Source of the DNA: Pseudomonadota bacterium
GTDB lineage: Bacteria; Pseudomonadota; Gammaproteobacteria; GRL18
Reading direction: 5' to 3'
NCBI GenBank assembly: GCA_045047105.1
Contig: JASFYQ010000048.1
Coordinates: forward strand, 1-47,841
DNA length: 47,841 nt
The notes below the pieces were generated by a model that saw only the letters and a list, made by a program, of their open reading frames with translations, made no database searches and was not told where the DNA came from. A program made the translations under genes and the position numbers. Below are positions 42,178 through 47,841 of this stretch, piece after piece (the stretch's first letter is position 1; each line of letters opens with the position of its first letter).

Positions 42178-43713
42178 TTATAGTTTAAACTTTCTCCATT
42201 GACGATCTTTTCCATCTCTATGTAATAATTCATCAGCTTCAACGGGGCCCCAGCTATTAGATTGGTAATTTGGAAAGGAGCGTGCAGGTAGAGCCTGCCA
42301 AACATCTAAAATGGGTTGTACTATTGCCCAACTGGCTTCTATATTATCCGCTCGTTTAAATAAGGTTGCATCTCCACATAAGCAGTCATAGATCAGGGTT
42401 TCATAACCCGTGCTTGGAGCATTGCCAAAGTGTTTTTTATAGCTAAAATCCATATCAACAGTAGAAAGTTCTTGTAGTGTTCCAGGTTTTTTAGCATTAA
42501 ATTGTAAACTAATGCCTTCATCTGGCTGTATTCTTAAAATAAGTCGATTAGGTGCGAGGTGATTAATTTTGTCCATAGATTTGTGAAACATCAAACTTGG
42601 GGCATATTTATATTGGATGACCACTTCGGTATAACGGCATGGCATGCGTTTGCCGGTGCGAATAAAAAAAGGCACTCCTGACCATCGCCAGGAATTAATC
42701 ATTAGTTTTAAAGCAACAAAAGTTTCTGTTCCCGATTCTGCTGCTATTCCTTTTTCTTCACGATAACCAAGTAAGTGTTCTCCATTCTCCTGAGTGCTAC
42801 AGCCATATTGACCTCTTATTGCATTAGTTAATACCTGCTCAGGTGTGTACCTTTCTATGGCTTTTAAAACCTTGGTCTGTTCATCTCGTATAGCATCGGC
42901 ATCATCAAATGAATTGGGTGGTTCCATAGCAATAATAGATAATAGGGCCAGTAGGTGATTGGCAATCATATCTCGCATGGCTCCAGCTTCTTCATAATAG
43001 CTGGCCCGATCTTCAACACCTAATGATTCAGCTACCGTAATTTGAATGTGATCAATATAGCGGTGATTCCAGATAGGTTCAATAGTACCGTTACCAAATC
43101 GATAAGCCATAATATTTTGCACAGTCTCTTTACCAAGATAGTGATCAATACGATAAATTTGGTGTTCTTTAAAACTTTTTTGTAGTATTTTATTTAATTC
43201 TCTTGCTGATTCTAAATCGCGACCAAAGGGTTTTTCTATAATAATTCGTCGCCAGACATTATCCGTCTCTGTAGCTAAACCCGCATTTCCTAATTGAGTA
43301 GCGATTTCACCAAAAAAGCTCGGGGGGGTAGCACAATAAAATAGGTAGTTATCCGGGGTATCGGTTTTATCATCAATTTCTGCTATAAATTTTTTTAAAT
43401 TTATATAGGTTTCAGGATCTTGAAAATCCCCTTGCATGTAGTGGAGTTTAGAGACTTGTTGATCCCATACTTGTTTAGAAAATACCTGTTCATCAATAAA
43501 CTCACTAATCTCCTGGCTTAAATTAGTACGATATTTTTCACTATCTATAGCTATTCTATCAACAGCTAAGACATTGGTATGGTTGGATAATAGGCCTTGT
43601 AACATTAAGTGATAAAGCGCAGGAATAAGTTTGCGTTTAGTTAAGTCTCCACCTGCACCAAAAATAATAATAATGGATTTAGGTGCTTTTGTTGGTGCAT
43701 CAATATTTTCCAT
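42178..43713 (-). CDS. zwf: Glucose-6-phosphate 1-dehydrogenase
   Basis: IIFGAGGDLTKRKL NADP-binding motif, the RIDHYLGKE active-site motif, and a length of 511 aa. Confidence 0.9.
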   Translation of the reverse strand: MENIDAPTKAPKSIIIIFGAGGDLTKRKLIPALYHLMLQGLLSNHTNVLAVDRIAIDSEKYRTNLSQEISEFIDEQVFSKQVWDQQVSKLHYMQGDFQDPETYINLKKFIAEIDDKTDTPDNYLFYCATPPSFFGEIATQLGNAGLATETDNVWRRIIIEKPFGRDLESARELNKILQKSFKEHQIYRIDHYLGKETVQNIMAYRFGNGTIEPIWNHRYIDHIQITVAESLGVEDRASYYEEAGAMRDMIANHLLALLSIIAMEPPNSFDDADAIRDEQTKVLKAIERYTPEQVLTNAIRGQYGCSTQENGEHLLGYREEKGIAAESGTETFVALKLMINSWRWSGVPFFIRTGKRMPCRYTEVVIQYKYAPSLMFHKSMDKINHLAPNRLILRIQPDEGISLQFNAKKPGTLQELSTVDMDFSYKKHFGNAPSTGYETLIYDCLCGDATLFKRADNIEASWAIVQPILDVWQALPARSFPNYQSNSWGPVEADELLHRDGKDRQWRKFKL

Positions 43714-43843
43714 AAGAATACCTGTTTTAGCCTATGAATAAGAATAAAAGAAGTATAGGAAATAGATACAAACTTGTATAGTCTATTAGCTAGTACCTAT
43801 AAAGGTTGAATTCTTATTATACGTGATATTGTTAGATTAATTT

Positions 43844-45469
43844 TTAAATATAAATAACCAGTCTTTGACCAGGTTTCAGGTACTTATTTCTGGCATTTTT
43901 ATTCCATTTTTTTAACTTTTTTACGGTTAATTTATATCGTTTGGCAATGGTATAAAGTGAATCACCTTTTCTAACCTTGTAGCGAATAATTCTATTCTTT
44001 TTAGCAATAGTCCTATAGTTTTTTTTCTGTGTAGGTTTTTTATAGGATGGCTCTAACCAGATAGTTAATTTTTGACCTATTGATAGAGTGGCAAGGGGTG
44101 ATATACCATTTATATTGGCCAATTTTTTATAGGATATATTATATTTTCTGGATATGGTCCATAATGAATCACCATGTTTAACACGGTATTTTATACGTTT
44201 TTTGGCATTGATTCTGGCAATTATTTTATCTCTTCGCTTAGTCACTTGCGGGTTGTAATATACAAAGCCTTTACTTGCCATTGGTATGACCAGGTATTTT
44301 CCCGCACGGATGCGAGAATTTTTTAAGCGATTGGCTTTTTTAAGTGCAGCAATAGAAATCGAATACTTTTTAGCAATACGAGACAAACTATCACCCTGTT
44401 GAATTTTATAACTACTCCAACGTACCAGATTATTTTTATCGGTGATATCTAAATTTTTCTTAAATGTGTTAATAGCATCAATGGGTAATAAAAGGTGGTG
44501 TGGGCCATCTGGATCGGTTGCCCACTGATTAAACCCCGGATTATATTTATATAATTCTTCAATCGTAATCCCTGCTAATTCAGCAGCTACAGCCAGATCT
44601 ATATGGTTTTCACAATCAACCAGATCCAGATAGGCTTGGTTTTTAATGGCTAATAATTTTATCTTATTAGTTTTTAACTCTTTGATTACTTGCGCAATGG
44701 CTAATAATTTGGGCACATAAGCCTGTGTTTCCCTAGGTAATTTTAAATCCCAATAGGTGGTTCCTTTACCCAGGCGTTTATTACGCTTAATGGCTTTATT
44801 TACCGTTCCAGCTCCTGAATTATATGCAGCGAGGGCTAATAACCAATCATTATCAAATTGTTTATTGAGTTTTTCCAGGTAGTCTAACGCGGCATTAGTT
44901 GCAGCATAAATATCACGGCGGCCATCGTACCACCAGTTTTGTTTTAGGCCAAAATATTTACCCGTGCCAGGAATAAATTGCCATAATCCCGCTGCACGAC
45001 CACGTGAATAAGCATGCGGCTGATAGGCACTTTCAACAATCGGTAAAAGTGCAAGTTCTGCAGGTAGCTCGCGTTGTTCAATTTGTTTAATAATGAGATA
45101 TAAATAAGGTTGGGCGCGTTCGGATACACGATAGAGATAATCGGTATGATTCAGGTACCACTGTTTTTCTACATTAATCCGACGCTTAATTTTTGTTACT
45201 TGCGGTTGTTCTGGTATCTTGTATAAATGAGGGATTTTATTCCATAAATTATCAAACGCAATGGGTTTAAGTTCTATCTCGTCTGGATCCTGCTTTGCTT
45301 CTATTTCAATCAGTGTTTCATTGAGGGGAGCAATTGTTCGACTCTGTTTTACTTCAATAAATTCAGGGGCTGAAAATTTATTTACAGGCTGCGGATTGGA
45401 AGCTATTTTATCTGTAGATGCACAGGAGCTTAATAAAAAAATGATTAATAACAATAAAATTTGTTGCAT
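43844..45469 (-). CDS. mltD: Membrane-bound lytic murein transglycosylase D-like lipoprotein with three LysM domains
   Basis: Lipoprotein signal MQQILLLLIIFLLSSC and an SLT domain (…ESAYQPHAYSRGRAAGLWQF…). The C-terminal LysM repeats are YKIQQGDSLSRIAKKY, YRVKHGDSLWTISRKY and YKVRKGDSLYTIAKRY. Confidence 0.8.
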   Translation of the reverse strand: MQQILLLLIIFLLSSCASTDKIASNPQPVNKFSAPEFIEVKQSRTIAPLNETLIEIEAKQDPDEIELKPIAFDNLWNKIPHLYKIPEQPQVTKIKRRINVEKQWYLNHTDYLYRVSERAQPYLYLIIKQIEQRELPAELALLPIVESAYQPHAYSRGRAAGLWQFIPGTGKYFGLKQNWWYDGRRDIYAATNAALDYLEKLNKQFDNDWLLALAAYNSGAGTVNKAIKRNKRLGKGTTYWDLKLPRETQAYVPKLLAIAQVIKELKTNKIKLLAIKNQAYLDLVDCENHIDLAVAAELAGITIEELYKYNPGFNQWATDPDGPHHLLLPIDAINTFKKNLDITDKNNLVRWSSYKIQQGDSLSRIAKKYSISIAALKKANRLKNSRIRAGKYLVIPMASKGFVYYNPQVTKRRDKIIARINAKKRIKYRVKHGDSLWTISRKYNISYKKLANINGISPLATLSIGQKLTIWLEPSYKKPTQKKNYRTIAKKNRIIRYKVRKGDSLYTIAKRYKLTVKKLKKWNKNARNKYLKPGQRLVIYI

Positions 45470-45473
45470 ATAT

Positions 45474-46265
45474 TTAATTATCCAAAGCATCTTTCCATTG
45501 ACGTATTATAGTAAACGTATCAATAGGATTAGTAAGTAAATGGCCACAGTATTTTTCAGCTGCGGAAATTATTGAAGGCTGGTTAAAGCGTAAAAAAGGA
45601 TTCGTTTCTTTTTCTAATTTTAGTAGTGATGGTACGGTTGGCTGATTTTTAGAGCGCAATATATCCGTTTCTTTAATGCGTTGAAGTAAGGCCTGGTTTT
45701 CTGGTTCAGCAATTACTGCAAATTTTAAGTTATCCTGAGTATATTCATGGGCACAATAGACTAAAATTTGATCATCAAGCCCCAATAAACTATCCAGTGA
45801 TTGTTGCATTTGTTTAAATGTTCCCTCAAAGACTCTGCCACAGCCTCCTGCAAATAAGGTATCACCAATAAATAAACTTTGCTGGCCAAAATAGGCAATG
45901 TGTCCCTTGGTATGTCCAGGAACATCCATAACACTAAAAGATAAATCCATCTCATCAAAAGTGATAATATCACCCTGTTTGCAATGCATACTTAGCAGAT
46001 TAATTTCTTCGTTAGTTGGACCGTAGACTGGAATATCATAAAACTCCAGCAGTCCCTTCACTCCACCGCAATGATCGGCATGATGGTGGGTAATAAAAAT
46101 GGCTTGGGGAATAAGATGGTGTTCTTTAATTGCTTCAAAAACAGGAGTTTCATCGCCAGGATCAACAATGATAATATGTTTTTCATTGGCTTGGTTATTA
46201 CTATGAATTAACCAAATATAGTTGTCTTCAAATGCAGGGATTCTGCTTACGTTTAGAGCTTTCAT
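45474..46265 (-). CDS. gloB: Hydroxyacylglutathione hydrolase (glyoxalase II)
   Basis: Metallo-beta-lactamase motif ITHHHADHCGG and a length of 263 aa. It lies between mltD and the methyltransferase, as in E. coli. Confidence 0.85.
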   Translation of the reverse strand: MKALNVSRIPAFEDNYIWLIHSNNQANEKHIIIVDPGDETPVFEAIKEHHLIPQAIFITHHHADHCGGVKGLLEFYDIPVYGPTNEEINLLSMHCKQGDIITFDEMDLSFSVMDVPGHTKGHIAYFGQQSLFIGDTLFAGGCGRVFEGTFKQMQQSLDSLLGLDDQILVYCAHEYTQDNLKFAVIAEPENQALLQRIKETDILRSKNQPTVPSLLKLEKETNPFLRFNQPSIISAAEKYCGHLLTNPIDTFTIIRQWKDALDN

Positions 46266-46388
46266 TTCATCTTTTCATTGATTATACTTAGACTGTCTGT
46301 AGCATGATAATATGGCTAAGTTTTATTTGACTACAGGGTTATTATACCAAACTAAGCTGTTGCTTTACAGGGTTAAATCTGACATAAA

Positions 46389-47225
46389 ATGAATTTAAAT
46401 GATGTTTCCTATATACCTCTTTGCCGCCAAAAATGGATTAAGTTACAAATCTGGTATCAAACTCATTTAGGCCAGCTTATTTATAAAAGTGAGGCCAAAA
46501 TCATTGAGCAGCAATTAGAGTCCTGTTTTGGTTATAGTATTGTACAATTGGGCAAGGTCACTGCGGAGGGTATGATTCAATCAACACGAATAAAAAATAA
46601 ATGTGTTATGCACTGTTTTGCAGACAATGGTGAACAAAATACGGGCTTAGCTATTCGAGGTAATACCGGGGTGGTGAGCCTGTTACAGCGACTAGCCATT
46701 AAAAGTAATAGTGTGGATGTGGTCGTTTTGCATCATTGTTTAGAGTTTGAAGCTTTTCCTCATGAAATATTAAGAGAAGTTGAACGGATACTAGTTGCTG
46801 AAGGTAAGATTATTATTGTTTTTTTTAATCCATACAGTTTAATTGGATTATGGCAATTTTTCCTGCGTTTAAGATTCAAGGTAAGAGGCAAAGATTTAAA
46901 CTTTCCTATTAAAAAAAACTGGATTTCGAGCAATCGTATAGAAGATTGGCTAGCATTATTAGGCTTTGATTCTAAAAAAGTGGGTGCTGTTTTTTTTCGA
47001 CCGCCAATAAGTAACTTAACCGTATTAGAACGATTAAACTTTATGGAAAAAGTAGGGAAAAGATACTGGCCTTTTTTTTCTGGTAGTGTTGTCTATAAAG
47101 CAACCAAGCGTGTTTCAACCCTGACTCCTCTAAGATCTAAGTGGCGTTTGAAAAAAAAAGTAGTCAGGAGACCCGTTGCTGAAATAAAATTGCCCAGAAC
47201 ATCTAAAAAAGAAACACATAATTAA
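46389..47225 (+). CDS. Class I SAM-dependent methyltransferase (YafS-like)
   Basis: Its position between gloB and rnhA matches E. coli yafS. The methyltransferase-like central region has a Lys-rich C-terminal tail. Confidence 0.55.
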   Translation: MNLNDVSYIPLCRQKWIKLQIWYQTHLGQLIYKSEAKIIEQQLESCFGYSIVQLGKVTAEGMIQSTRIKNKCVMHCFADNGEQNTGLAIRGNTGVVSLLQRLAIKSNSVDVVVLHHCLEFEAFPHEILREVERILVAEGKIIIVFFNPYSLIGLWQFFLRLRFKVRGKDLNFPIKKNWISSNRIEDWLALLGFDSKKVGAVFFRPPISNLTVLERLNFMEKVGKRYWPFFSGSVVYKATKRVSTLTPLRSKWRLKKKVVRRPVAEIKLPRTSKKETHN

Positions 47226-47305
47226 ATTTAGTTAAGCCCAATAATAGCAATAGCTTTTTATATTACTCTTTTATATAACAATAGGATTTTTAGAAAAAAC
47301 TTTTT

Positions 47306-47740
47306 ATGAATAATACCGTATATATTTTTACTGATGGAGCCTGCAGAGGCAACCCTGGCCCAGGTGGCTGGGGGGCAATTTTGCGTTATAAAGATGCTGA
47401 AAAAGAATACTTTGGTGGTGAACAAGAAACTACTAATAATCGCATGGAAATGACTGCGGTAATTGAAGCTCTTGCTACTTTAAAACGAGAGTGTAAGGTG
47501 GATTTAAGTACCGATTCACGTTATGTCATCGATGGCATTACCAAATGGATTATTGGTTGGAAGAAAAAAAACTGGAAAAATTCAAAAAATCAAGCAGTTA
47601 AAAATGAAGACCTATGGAAAGCCATGGATAAACTGGTTCAGCAGCACAATATTACCTGGAATTGGGTGAAAGGGCATTCTGGACATATAGAGAATGAGCG
47701 AGCCGATGCACTGGCTAATAAAGGGATTGATACTTTATAG
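47306..47740 (+). CDS. rnhA: Ribonuclease HI
   Basis: [21 protein letters not shown]…[14 protein letters not shown]…[14 protein letters not shown]. Confidence 0.9.
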   Translation: MNNTVYIFTDGACRGNPGPGGWGAILRYKDAEKEYFGGEQETTNNRMEMTAVIEALATLKRECKVDLSTDSRYVIDGITKWIIGWKKKNWKNSKNQAVKNEDLWKAMDKLVQQHNITWNWVKGHSGHIENERADALANKGIDTL

Positions 47741-47770
47741 TGTTGTAACTACTCAGCGTGTTTAGATTTT

Positions 47771-47791
47771 GCCTCAGAATCAGGCTTTTTT
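47771..47791 (+). terminator. Short GC stem GCCT-cagaatc-AGGC followed by TTTTTT after rnhA
   Basis: Read from sequence. The stem is short. Confidence 0.3.
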
Positions 47792-47841
47792 GACCGAAAA
47801 ATGTGAGCATATACGAATATGTGACCATTTTGAGGGCAAAA

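Overview
AT-rich gammaproteobacterial chromosomal window of about 48 kb. It is densely packed with housekeeping and anaerobic-respiration genes, and I found no transposases, integrases, CRISPR arrays or tRNA/rRNA genes. Genes in order: a DUF2188-like small gene; a split class II (B12-dependent) ribonucleotide reductase nrdJa/nrdJb with tandem NrdR boxes upstream; rdgC; deaD; a cNMP-binding-like/HDOD signalling protein; an SPFH-SHOCT protein paired with a tandem zf-TFIIB zinc-ribbon protein (YdjI/YdjG-like); bpt; a GGDEF diguanylate cyclase; galE; carA-carB-greA; rpsF-rpsR-rplI with no priB (S6 carries an SSSDR-repeat tail encoded by a 15-bp tandem repeat); the complete periplasmic nitrate reductase operon napFDAGHBC with a perfect FNR box; dcd; a YcgL-domain protein; two tandem paralogous LPP20/FlgP-like lipoproteins; queG; mnmA; an N-terminally truncated rluE-like gene next to a C-terminally truncated AEC-transporter remnant (an apparent deletion scar); an M3 oligopeptidase; an AraC regulator divergent from aldB-DUF779; a secreted CAP/SCP/PR-1 domain protein; clpS-clpA; zwf; and mltD-gloB-yafS-like methyltransferase-rnhA. 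Most interesting points: the in-frame minisatellite in rpsF, consensus CRP-type sites in front of two second-messenger genes (the GGDEF and cNMP/HDOD genes), a missed 54-codon ORF with a strong RBS, three 17-bp direct repeats beside the DUF2188 gene, the LPP20 duplication, and the rluE/AEC deletion scar. All functional calls rest on my recall of protein families and motifs read from the sequence; no database search was run.
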